From contig OZ244170.1 in the NCBI GenBank assembly GCA_965216565.1, forward strand, positions 1,440,001-1,504,000: a stretch of 64,000 bases of DNA, given 5' to 3'. The DNA is from Bythopirellula sp. (GTDB lineage: Bacteria > Planctomycetota > Planctomycetia > Pirellulales > Lacipirellulaceae). The notes beneath the pieces are model-generated. The model did not search any database. It worked only from the letters and a program-made list of their open reading frames with translations, and was not told the origin of the DNA. Both the position numbers and the translations under genes were made by a program. Positions 38,538-47,347 of the stretch are shown piece after piece; position 1 is the stretch's first letter; each line of letters starts with the position of its first letter.

Positions 38538-39581
38538 CTACAGAGTACACATGTCGACGTTGTCAAAGTTGCGGCCATAGAACTCCATGTAGCCAGCCTT
38601 CCGTTCCAGAGCACCGATCACATATTTGTTGAAGTTGATTTTGGTGAATTTTTGAGCGCTCCCGAGCCCACCAGGACTGAAGACGTTGATCTCCATGAGC
38701 TTGTCTCCCACGATATCCAGACCGACGAGAAACATGCCGTCCTGCACCAATTTCGGCCGTACTATTTCGGCGATTCTGAGATCTTTTTCGGTCACTTCAG
38801 CCGCAGCAAGTTTGCCGCCCGCATGAATGTTGCTACGCATGTCCCCCCCCATGCGAACTCTACGGAATGCGGCATACTTTCCTTTTACTTGGAGAGGGCG
38901 GCCGTTCATGACAAACAACCGCATGTCACCCTCTTCAGCGGCGGGTAGGTATTCCTGGCAGATCACATAGCCATCGCGACTCACAGCGTCGATCATCTGG
39001 TTCAGGTTGGGTATGTCCGACTCTTGTATCAGAAAAACCCCCGTCCCCCCCGAACCTTGGAGAGGTTTCAGGACGCAGCGTCCCTCCGACTTAGCAAAAT
39101 CTCGAATCTCTTCACGATCGCGAGTAATCAACGTTCTCGGACGCACTTCTTCAGGAAACAATTGGAAGTACATCTTCGTCGAGGCTTTTGCCAGACCGTT
39201 GGGGTCATTAACTACGATCACGCCATTGCGCATCGCCACTCGTCCAAATTCAGCGGCTGCAGTTGCAGCCCATGGCCGTTTGAGATAATCGTCTGATGGC
39301 ACGTTGCGGAGCATCAAAACATCGAGTTCGTCGACCGTGACTCGCTTTTTTACACTCTTGGGGCCTTGCAGGTCTCGAAGAAAAGTCTCTTGCGACTTGT
39401 ATTTTGTCTGCGAGACAGTACGTGCTCTCGCTCGTACGAGTTCGTCCGGATCGTAGGCGATGTCACCTACGCCAAAGACGTAGGCCTCGTGCCCTTGGTT
39501 GACCGCTTCGCAGGCGAGCCGCGTCGTGGTGAATCCAGCTTCTTCAGTGGCAATATCGTTGACGATAAATCCTATTTTCAT
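38538..39581 (-). CDS. Glutathione synthetase-like ATP-grasp ligase (copy 1)
   Basis: Same motifs; tandem paralogue with identical C-terminus YGRNFDNVDMCTL. Confidence 0.88.
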   Translation of the reverse strand: MKIGFIVNDIATEEAGFTTTRLACEAVNQGHEAYVFGVGDIAYDPDELVRARARTVSQTKYKSQETFLRDLQGPKSVKKRVTVDELDVLMLRNVPSDDYLKRPWAATAAAEFGRVAMRNGVIVVNDPNGLAKASTKMYFQLFPEEVRPRTLITRDREEIRDFAKSEGRCVLKPLQGSGGTGVFLIQESDIPNLNQMIDAVSRDGYVICQEYLPAAEEGDMRLFVMNGRPLQVKGKYAAFRRVRMGGDMRSNIHAGGKLAAAEVTEKDLRIAEIVRPKLVQDGMFLVGLDIVGDKLMEINVFSPGGLGSAQKFTKINFNKYVIGALERKAGYMEFYGRNFDNVDMCTL

Positions 39582-39625
39582 CCAAGCGTTCCTTTGACTG
39601 AGTTTTTCGTATGAGTGATTCTGCG

Positions 39626-42600
39626 TTAGTTCGATGGAGCTGTAGTTTCTCGTCCGTCGGCATTTGTCTGCTGAGGCTGGAACCAAAACTCACGTGAGGC
39701 ACTATTTGCGGCATGAATATGCAAATCCCGTTGTGGGAAAGCGATGGTAATGCCCGCGGCAGCAAACTCGCGTGCAATTGCCGCATTGAGTTCGTGCAGC
39801 CCCTTGAGTCGATCTCCGATGCGTGCGTGATAGACACGCAGAGAAAAAATCAGCGAGCTGTCGCCAAATTGCTGCAAGAGGGCAACTGGCTTGGGTGAAT
39901 TAAGAACTCGCGGATTTTCACTCGCAACTTTAAGTAGCAAGTCACGAACCTGATCAGGGTCGGAGCCATACGCGACTCCAACCTCAATCACACGCCGGTT
40001 GGTCTTGTTCTGCAGAGTCCAGTTCAGCAAGCGACCTGTGGCGAATTCCTTGTTCGGCACCACCAGATCCTTGCGATCCCAGTCGGTAATTGTCGTCGCC
40101 CGCATGCGAATCGATTGCACAACGCCAGTCGTATCACCAATCGTAATCACATCTCCGACGCGCATTGGACGCTCAAAGAGAATGATCAAGCCAGAAATGA
40201 AATTGGCAAAAATTTCCTGCAAGCCGAAACCTAAACCGAGCGACAGAGCGGCGGCCATCCATTGCACTTTGCCCCAACCGATTCCTAAGCACCCGGCTGC
40301 GAAGATGGCAGCAGCAATCCAGAGCGTATAGCGAGCAATGGTCGTGATCGAATTCCGTAGCGAACTATCGAGAGCTAATTGGTCGAGCACCGGCAGCTCG
40401 AACAATCCATCCAGATAACGCGAAGCCATTACAGTGCTGATCACCACAAACATCGCCAGCAACAGGTCACCCAATGTCACAGGTACTAAGGTGGGAACTC
40501 TCACATCAGGCGCGGGCGATTCAGTTCCAAGCGGTGCAGAGGGTTGGCTAGTTATAACTTCTGTTTCCCACAGTGTCGTATTGCTGACGGCATGGAGCGC
40601 AGGAAAGACGTCGCTCCAAATCCACCAGCCTCCCAGCAGCAGCACTAGCACCAGTAGCGAGGTCACTAGAGACTGTATCTTGTCCTCTGGTTTATCCAAC
40701 TGAACAAACCAACCATCTCCCGTGTCAGGTAGCGGAAAAGTTCCCTCGCTGCTCTCCTTTTCACGATTCGACAACGCAGTGGCAGCTCGTTGACGAGCAA
40801 CAGTTTGAATAGCTCGTCGGCGAGCGATCAAACGACTACCATGTAGCAACAACGACCCGACGACGAACAGGCAGGCCATCAGCAGAAATGTTGAGCGTAC
40901 TTCCTGCCCCAAACGTTCCGCCGAGTAGGTGTACCCCACGATCGCAAGAACGCCGAGCGTTAGGTGTGCCCCCACTCCGACGAGGTAGAGAGGCCAACGC
41001 AATCGATGTAGCAGCGTCTTTTCGCTTGGCTTGGCCGCACGATAGAGTATGCCCGAGTTCGGCCTCAACAATTGCTCGCTAAAGAGTGCGACTACCAAGA
41101 CATTCACGACGTAACAAAGTCTGCCCAGTGAGTCCTGCAACCGCACATCGTCCTGGGCATTCAGTGTCGTCATGATAAGAATAAGTGGAAGAACGACGAC
41201 CGCTAACGGAAACAGCGCTCTCCGCATAGCTGCGATACCCGGGGCAGACCAGCCAAGATGTCGGCGGGCAAAGCCTTTACGTCTGCAGAGCCGAATGAGC
41301 ACTGCCAGAGGTAATAAGCATATCGCGACGTTGATCAGACCAATCCCGACTGCTCGTTCATATCCCTCAGAATTTCCAGCGTTGACTAATCGCTGACCTG
41401 CGAAGGCTAAAAACAGCGGCAATGGCACGGCACACAGAGCGACTCGCAGTAGATCACGTAGAATTCGCCAATATCTCGATGGCCTCTGTGCAGACGATTG
41501 AGGCAAACTATGACGAATCGTCATTTGCCAGCCTAGTGTGCGTGCAGAAAGCAACGATATAGCAACCAAACCAAAAGGCAAGGGGTGCTTCGCATAGTCA
41601 GCAGAGATCGTATTCCAAGTTTGTCGGAGAAATCCACCTTGAAAGAAATCTCGTATTCCGTCAAAGGAGGCAGCAACAGAGCTTGACGACATGCTTTCGG
41701 TGCTGCGTACCCAAAGAACGTTTTCGTCAATGAAGTTGGTCAGGCTGCTGATGTCCTGAGCAAGTTGGCGTTGGGCTTCATCAAGGGCTAGTAATTGCTC
41801 AAGATAGACTTTGTAATCCTCTAGGAGCAAATCAACGTAACGTCGCTCCGCGTTTAACAAACGCTCCCAAGTTTTACGAGGATTCTCGCTCGCCTGCTTT
41901 TCGTCTGGCAACTTTCCCTGCGTAATTAGCCGGTTCATCTCATTCTCGACATTGGCTAGGTCAGAGCGTCGATCCTGGAGTTCGAGCAGGGCCAGTTGCG
42001 CCGTTTTCAGTGTTTGCTGACGGAGGTCAATTTCACGCTCATGCTGGTCGATGCGTGGAAGCTCAGACTTTTGCTTACGCATAAGCAAGCCGATGGTCCC
42101 TGTAAGTCCAACTGCCTCGACTTTGCGGCGAATCCTACCTTGTTGTTGATTGAGCTGGGTCGCTGTTGAATTGATCGCTGCCAGTGCATCGTTCGTAGTG
42201 TCAATCTGCTGACGTAATTCTTGGCGACGCTCCACCAATGCCAGATTAGTGCTCGCAAGGTCTGCAAACTGTGGTAAACCGGTGTTTCTATTAGTTTCTT
42301 CTTTGGCCTCAATCAGATGCAGGGCAACTTCGGTTGTTCGTTTGCGATTCAACTCACCCTGTAGCGTCTTGGCGATTTTGTGCAATCGGGCAACGCGGTT
42401 TGCCGCTACGTCTCGCTGCAATGGCAACAAGTCGATCGTTGCCTGATAGGCCTTTAGTTCGATGGCACCCACATCAATTGCCGACTGAGTGGCTCGAATG
42501 CTAGCCTCCAATTGAACTCGTTTTGCAGCCGCCAATTCAGGTGGATCGTTGGTCTTGTCTATTAGCTTGAGGGTTTGTTCGTCCTGCTGTAGCTTCTCAC

Positions 42601-43117
42601 GCAAACTAATGCGTTGCTGAGGAATCTCCTTGCGCCTAGTCGCGCGGTATTTTGGTTCTTTATCAAGGCGTCGCAGGACTTTCTTTGCTTCCGAGAGTTC
42701 GGCTTCCGCTTCAATCAGCTTTTCTTGCAGAATAGAGATAGACACTTCAGAGCCAACTACAGGTAGAGCCGCTTGTGCCAGCTGGCTGAGTTCGTACCTA
42801 GTGCGCCCGACATCTTCTGGGGCAGTTCGCTGCGATGATGCATACTGCTCTGACAAAACAGCTAGCTTGTCTGCCTGCCGCAGATCAGCAATTGCCAATT
42901 CGTAAAGCGTCAGAATCTGCTTTTTTGTCTCTTCAGGTAGAGCTGAGGTAGCTTTTGTAGCTTCTATCTGCGACTGAAGTTTCTCAACAGAGATCGTGTC
43001 TGCCAGCAGAGTTTGCGATGAGCAAAGGCCAATTGCCAAAAACACGGAAGTGGCAAAGCTCAATAATGAGAAGATTGTAGAATACTGGAACGATCTGTTT
43101 TGAAAGATGCTCTTCAT
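39626..43117 (-). CDS. mscK: MscK/KefA-like large mechanosensitive channel (copy 2)
   Basis: Signal peptide, coiled coil, TM domain, GLGFGLQEIFANFISGLIILFERPMRVGD, IAFPQRDLH. Confidence 0.92.
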   Translation of the reverse strand: MKSIFQNRSFQYSTIFSLLSFATSVFLAIGLCSSQTLLADTISVEKLQSQIEATKATSALPEETKKQILTLYELAIADLRQADKLAVLSEQYASSQRTAPEDVGRTRYELSQLAQAALPVVGSEVSISILQEKLIEAEAELSEAKKVLRRLDKEPKYRATRRKEIPQQRISLREKLQQDEQTLKLIDKTNDPPELAAAKRVQLEASIRATQSAIDVGAIELKAYQATIDLLPLQRDVAANRVARLHKIAKTLQGELNRKRTTEVALHLIEAKEETNRNTGLPQFADLASTNLALVERRQELRQQIDTTNDALAAINSTATQLNQQQGRIRRKVEAVGLTGTIGLLMRKQKSELPRIDQHEREIDLRQQTLKTAQLALLELQDRRSDLANVENEMNRLITQGKLPDEKQASENPRKTWERLLNAERRYVDLLLEDYKVYLEQLLALDEAQRQLAQDISSLTNFIDENVLWVRSTESMSSSSVAASFDGIRDFFQGGFLRQTWNTISADYAKHPLPFGLVAISLLSARTLGWQMTIRHSLPQSSAQRPSRYWRILRDLLRVALCAVPLPLFLAFAGQRLVNAGNSEGYERAVGIGLINVAICLLPLAVLIRLCRRKGFARRHLGWSAPGIAAMRRALFPLAVVVLPLILIMTTLNAQDDVRLQDSLGRLCYVVNVLVVALFSEQLLRPNSGILYRAAKPSEKTLLHRLRWPLYLVGVGAHLTLGVLAIVGYTYSAERLGQEVRSTFLLMACLFVVGSLLLHGSRLIARRRAIQTVARQRAATALSNREKESSEGTFPLPDTGDGWFVQLDKPEDKIQSLVTSLLVLVLLLGGWWIWSDVFPALHAVSNTTLWETEVITSQPSAPLGTESPAPDVRVPTLVPVTLGDLLLAMFVVISTVMASRYLDGLFELPVLDQLALDSSLRNSITTIARYTLWIAAAIFAAGCLGIGWGKVQWMAAALSLGLGFGLQEIFANFISGLIILFERPMRVGDVITIGDTTGVVQSIRMRATTITDWDRKDLVVPNKEFATGRLLNWTLQNKTNRRVIEVGVAYGSDPDQVRDLLLKVASENPRVLNSPKPVALLQQFGDSSLIFSLRVYHARIGDRLKGLHELNAAIAREFAAAGITIAFPQRDLHIHAANSASREFWFQPQQTNADGRETTAPSN

Positions 43118-43121
43118 CGGA

Positions 43122-45050
43122 TTACCTCACTTCCTTGCGAGATGCCAATTCGGCCAACGAACAAGAGCTTTCCCGCAACACATTGAGGCGTTTCACGGAG
43201 TCACTGGTGAGTAAATGCCTAGGCACAAGCGGTGGAGCATGCAGCACCTTGCGATATTGCAGTTCTCTGACGATTGGCAAATGCTCGTGGGCAATCTTGC
43301 CCACAAACAGCACATTGATGTCTCCATTCTGCTGAAGGTGCTGCAAGACGGTTTGCAAACCTCGCAAATAGACGGCGTCCTTGGTTAGGCCTCCTCCACG
43401 GTAGACGCGCATCACGATGTTGTAAGCTCTGCGTTTCGTGAAGCCGAATTTATTGACGAGTGCACGAAAGGCTTCTACAAAAGTCGCGTGTTCAGTCCTT
43501 AGTCGTACCGCGACAACGCGGCCAGCGAGTTGACGTAAACGAGCATCGCTCAGTCCGCCCACCAAGTACTCGGACAGTACAGCAATGCCTTCCTGAAGTT
43601 CTTCGTAACCCGATAAACCAGCATGCAGTAGCTGAAACGGCTGTGCCTGAGCGTTATAGTACGTCAGTACATGCGTACCCACTTCGTGGGCTAAGAGGGC
43701 TTGGACGCGTGACTGAGATATATCAAGATCCGAGTTGATCAGTAGCGTCCCCCGAGAGACCATCACGCCACTAACTTCTTCGGTCACTTCAGCCCGGCCT
43801 GCAAACTCGGGCCAAGTATTGTGATAGTGACGGAATTCATCGCGTGCCAGTGCTGCAAACTCTTCTGCAGTTACTGAGCCTTTTTTTCTTTCAGAGGCAT
43901 CCCTAGCCACTAAGGAAAGAAGACTCAGTGCCTCACCGTAGAGGTCGTCCTTGACGCCGCCAAATAGCTGCAAGCTCTGGTACAAGAACCTCGGTGTGTC
44001 GCGGTCTTGTAGCATTGTCAGCTGTAGTTCTAGCTCGGCTTGTTTTTCATAAAAGAGTCGCTGTAGTGCAGGATCCTCTACACGCTCGATTGGAATCTTG
44101 AACAGCTCGCGTTTGAGAGCAATGGGGTCCACCGTTTGTGGTCGATAGTGAAATTCGGGGGCTTGCTCAAACTTACTCCGGTGGAATTCATGCCAAGCCT
44201 GCACCGTGTTGACCGGAGTCAGCTGCAGTAGGTAATCGAATTGGTCACTAATTCCCGCCAGACGACGATCAGCGTTCCAGACGGATTTGACAACTGCTTT
44301 GCGACCAAGTGCGTGGAAGTGGGGTGGGCGGTGTGATGTACAGGTACGGGCAAATTCATAAAAAGCTTGGCGCAAGGCCAAACTCACGCTCCGTCTTAAG
44401 GAACGAGCCAATAGGGGATAGTCTTCTTCAGAGCCCGCTGCACGATATACGGGAGGTACTGTCAGCCCCAGGAAGGAGCAATGGAGTTCGCTTGCCCTTT
44501 TTATCGACAACAGCGGCGCAAATTGCGTTGGCCAGGTCTTGCCGTCACGTTGTACCTCGACCTTTACCCCTTGTTTCAGCACCTTGATACGGCGCAAACG
44601 CTTGGCGAGTGCTTCCACTGCTCGGCTGATGGATGCTTGTGAGGATGCATGAATGGCGAATTTCGGTAACACGTCGGGTACTGCCGGATCATTCGCATCC
44701 CCTCCCTCGGGAGCCGCCCATACTTCGACGATTAGCAGTGCACCGAACTCTCTCGCAAGCGCTTCTGTAACACAGTCAACAACAAGAGATATTTCCTTTG
44801 GCGACGCTTCTGCCTCTGTGACGATAAGGTAGGATGCTTCGGCTTTGACGAGGTGCTCAGTCCCCGAATCGGAAGCATCGAGCGGCTGACGATAGATGCA
44901 CAGAAATGGTAACTGCCGATCAATGTGCAGGCGCCCAATTCCGGGCAGCGTACGTCTTACTCGTTGATTCTGCGCAAGGCGTTGAGAGACCACATCGAGG
45001 ATGGATCTAAGGAGTTTTGATCTCTTGATGGGTTCCTTGCTGATGGGCAA
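43122..45050 (-). CDS. DUF1704 / QEGLA-motif (MATCAP-like) zinc metallopeptidase
   Basis: HEVGTH (HExxxH), LQEGIA, RVYRGGGLTKDAVYLRG; N-terminal GRLHIDRQLPFLCIYR. Confidence 0.88.
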   Translation of the reverse strand: MPISKEPIKRSKLLRSILDVVSQRLAQNQRVRRTLPGIGRLHIDRQLPFLCIYRQPLDASDSGTEHLVKAEASYLIVTEAEASPKEISLVVDCVTEALAREFGALLIVEVWAAPEGGDANDPAVPDVLPKFAIHASSQASISRAVEALAKRLRRIKVLKQGVKVEVQRDGKTWPTQFAPLLSIKRASELHCSFLGLTVPPVYRAAGSEEDYPLLARSLRRSVSLALRQAFYEFARTCTSHRPPHFHALGRKAVVKSVWNADRRLAGISDQFDYLLQLTPVNTVQAWHEFHRSKFEQAPEFHYRPQTVDPIALKRELFKIPIERVEDPALQRLFYEKQAELELQLTMLQDRDTPRFLYQSLQLFGGVKDDLYGEALSLLSLVARDASERKKGSVTAEEFAALARDEFRHYHNTWPEFAGRAEVTEEVSGVMVSRGTLLINSDLDISQSRVQALLAHEVGTHVLTYYNAQAQPFQLLHAGLSGYEELQEGIAVLSEYLVGGLSDARLRQLAGRVVAVRLRTEHATFVEAFRALVNKFGFTKRRAYNIVMRVYRGGGLTKDAVYLRGLQTVLQHLQQNGDINVLFVGKIAHEHLPIVRELQYRKVLHAPPLVPRHLLTSDSVKRLNVLRESSCSLAELASRKEVR

Positions 45051-45108
45051 AACGATTCCTTTTGTAATGTAGTAAATCAGCAGCCTCTCTCATCGCATTT
45101 TCACGCCC

Positions 45109-45930
45109 CTAGTGAGCAATGAGTTGAAGCTTGTTTACCTCTTCTAAAATCCCAGGTACCGTCGACGCTAAAGCCTTCTGTACTGCTTTCAATAAATGTC
45201 GTTCGGGTTTGCCGCTCCATTCGCACATAAAGAACTTTTTGAATTCAATTGAAATCACACACGCTGCCTCTGGAAAACACTGGTGTGTCCATTCGGCATG
45301 GTGACCACCCATGAATTTTACATTTTCGCGCACATCAAGTCGCCCAGTTGGGAAATCATAGTTGGATAGTTCATACATGAAGCGATAGAGTAATGGACGA
45401 AACCGTGGCTCTGATCGCATCGTGCCCGTACCAATGTTGACTTGTGGGTTCTCAGCCGGATCTGCGAGTGGCCCATTGGGACCGTTCCGACGATGGTTGT
45501 ACGTATGCAGGTCGAAGACAACAAAGGTTCCATGCTCCTCGGCTAACTCCTGGTAGAGCATACCGAGCGCCTCGTAAAACCGATCGTACTGCTTAAGGGA
45601 ACGCTGCGCGATTTCTTCTGGAAGCTCTTCTTTCCAAATTTGTAATCCCCACGCATCTTCTGGTTTTCGATAGACGGCTCGTTCACGAGGACGATTGAGA
45701 TCGACCTCAAACCGAGAGCGCAAGCCAACCACACGTGTTGGCGCGACTTCCGTCCAATCGCCCGTGTAGGGATCTTCTTCACGCCGTCGATCCTCTTTGC
45801 TGATCGCCATCTGCTCATGCACTTCGCTACGTACCTCGTGGCCATGGTGAATAGCGGTCGCAACGATTGGCCCTGCTCCACGATGAAGCTCCCAAATTTG
45901 ATCGGTCACCTGCGTTCTCTGCGTATGCAA
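45109..45930 (-). CDS. N-formylglutamate amidohydrolase family protein
   Basis: TAIHHGH, REEDPYT, SRFEVDLNR, FDLHTY, ENVKFMGG, ISIEFKK. Confidence 0.9.
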   Translation of the reverse strand: MHTQRTQVTDQIWELHRGAGPIVATAIHHGHEVRSEVHEQMAISKEDRRREEDPYTGDWTEVAPTRVVGLRSRFEVDLNRPRERAVYRKPEDAWGLQIWKEELPEEIAQRSLKQYDRFYEALGMLYQELAEEHGTFVVFDLHTYNHRRNGPNGPLADPAENPQVNIGTGTMRSEPRFRPLLYRFMYELSNYDFPTGRLDVRENVKFMGGHHAEWTHQCFPEAACVISIEFKKFFMCEWSGKPERHLLKAVQKALASTVPGILEEVNKLQLIAH

Positions 45931-45998
45931 TGCCTGTTGAAACGAGCACTAGGTTCCTGGCCGCTCAGTGCCAAGTGGCTCTACAACGTTGTTCTAAG

Positions 45999-46013
45999 GC
46001 AAAGGGTGTGCCG
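45999..46013 (-). promoter_or_regulatory. Sigma-54 -24/-12 promoter for the amidohydrolase operon
   Basis: CGGCAC-ACCCT-TTGC on the minus strand, 69 bp upstream of ATG 45930. Confidence 0.7.
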
Positions 46014-46274
46014 GTGACTTTTGATGAGGATCACGGCTCTTATGGTGCAAGCACACTGGGCCGCTCTGACGCTATGCGTTAAGGCGATATCGATTGGAAA
46101 CAGCTAGATTGTGAAGGCCAGACACATGATGTCGCCACAAGTGCCTTGGTTAATAAGTGCCCACGGTGTCCAATAGCTACCCAGGAAGAATCGAGTTTTG
46201 GAGCTGCCCAGGCAAGGTCCGGTTAAGCGTCTACGCTTTTTTCGTATTTCTAAAAGTGTTTTTTTGTTGTCGCT

Positions 46275-46289
46275 TGGCACATTGTTTGC
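46275..46289 (+). promoter_or_regulatory. Sigma-54 -24/-12 promoter
   Basis: TGGCAC-ATTGT-TTGC, preceded by a T-rich tract. Confidence 0.8.
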
Positions 46290-46471
46290 CTTTGTTACGT
46301 TAGGCAGTGATTAGGGCACTGTCTGTCCGTCACGGTCGCGCGGGTTTCTTCTAGGGTGGGACGCACAATCGAGGAGAACACCTGAGCCTATTGGTGGCTT
46401 GGCTTGCGCGACCGTGACGAATCGTTGTTCGCCCACTTTCACTGAAGGAGAGCTATAAGCAAGAAAGAAAT

Positions 46472-46843
46472 ATGTCGACCTACCTACAAATCACGGCCAG
46501 CAACATCACTCAAAAAGCAAAGTTCGAAGACGGCACCCGGCTGCCAATCGAACTGTGGGCAATCTGTGATGAGGGCGAAGAGACTTCATGTTTGGCTGGA
46601 CTGGTGCTCCACCCCAAGACAAAAAAGTTGGTGCGAGCCGATCATTTGCCCGGTTTTCTGTCGTATCACAGTGATCGGCTTGGGTCGGGATTTCATCGGT
46701 TCAGTCGACTGCCCAGTCGGCGAAACGTGGAAAGGCAGCAACCAAAGAACTCCGGTGCTAAATCTGGCAAGGCCGAACGACCACAGGTTAGACAGATTGG
46801 TCAGAAATTAGCCAAGAAAACGTTCCTCTCGCAGTCGGCCTAG
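46472..46843 (+). CDS. Hypothetical protein
   Basis: 123 aa downstream of a sigma-54 promoter; purine-rich leader; basic disordered C-terminus. Confidence 0.6.
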   Translation: MSTYLQITASNITQKAKFEDGTRLPIELWAICDEGEETSCLAGLVLHPKTKKLVRADHLPGFLSYHSDRLGSGFHRFSRLPSRRNVERQQPKNSGAKSGKAERPQVRQIGQKLAKKTFLSQSA

Positions 46844-47052
46844 CTTGCGAAAGTAATTGAGAAGCTTACAAAGTGCGACTTCTCATTCCGGCACACAAAC
46901 TGCTCATCATTGATTGCCGTGAGGGTAAAAGTTGCCATGCAGGCTTGGTCTGGGCACTAGGGGTTGGTTGACATTCACGGGATGTTGGCTGACCAGCCCT
47001 CGCGGTACTTTTTGGCATCACGCCGCTTACCCACTTGGAGAGGAGACATGCT

Positions 47053-47274
47053 ATGCTAGCACTTGCGCGGAGGCCTGGAGAATCCATCCACATCGGTGAC
47101 AACATTACCGTGCAAATCGTATCCGTTCGAGGCCAGCGGGTGAAGTTAGCGATTGATGCCCCGCGTGAAATAAGCATCGACCGACACGAAATCTGGCTCC
47201 GAAAATTCGCCGGAACGGTGGTGCTGCCGATAGAGTCAACGAGCGTCGCACCGACGCACTTGAAGCCCCGATGA
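47053..47274 (+). CDS. csrA: Carbon storage regulator CsrA (copy 1)
   Basis: MLALARRPGESIHIGDNITVQIVSVRGQRVKLAIDAPREISIDRHEI; GAGGAG RBS. Confidence 0.92.
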   Translation: MLALARRPGESIHIGDNITVQIVSVRGQRVKLAIDAPREISIDRHEIWLRKFAGTVVLPIESTSVAPTHLKPR

Positions 47275-47347
47275 GTCGCAACGAAATTGCGATAGTTGTG
47301 ATGGATAATTCAAAGAATCAACTGAAGTCGCGTTAGAACTTCTCAAT

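Noticed and set aside
37440..39581. Gene symbol gshB
   Set aside because: The fold is GshB-like, but substrate motifs and gene context differ and no gshA is visible
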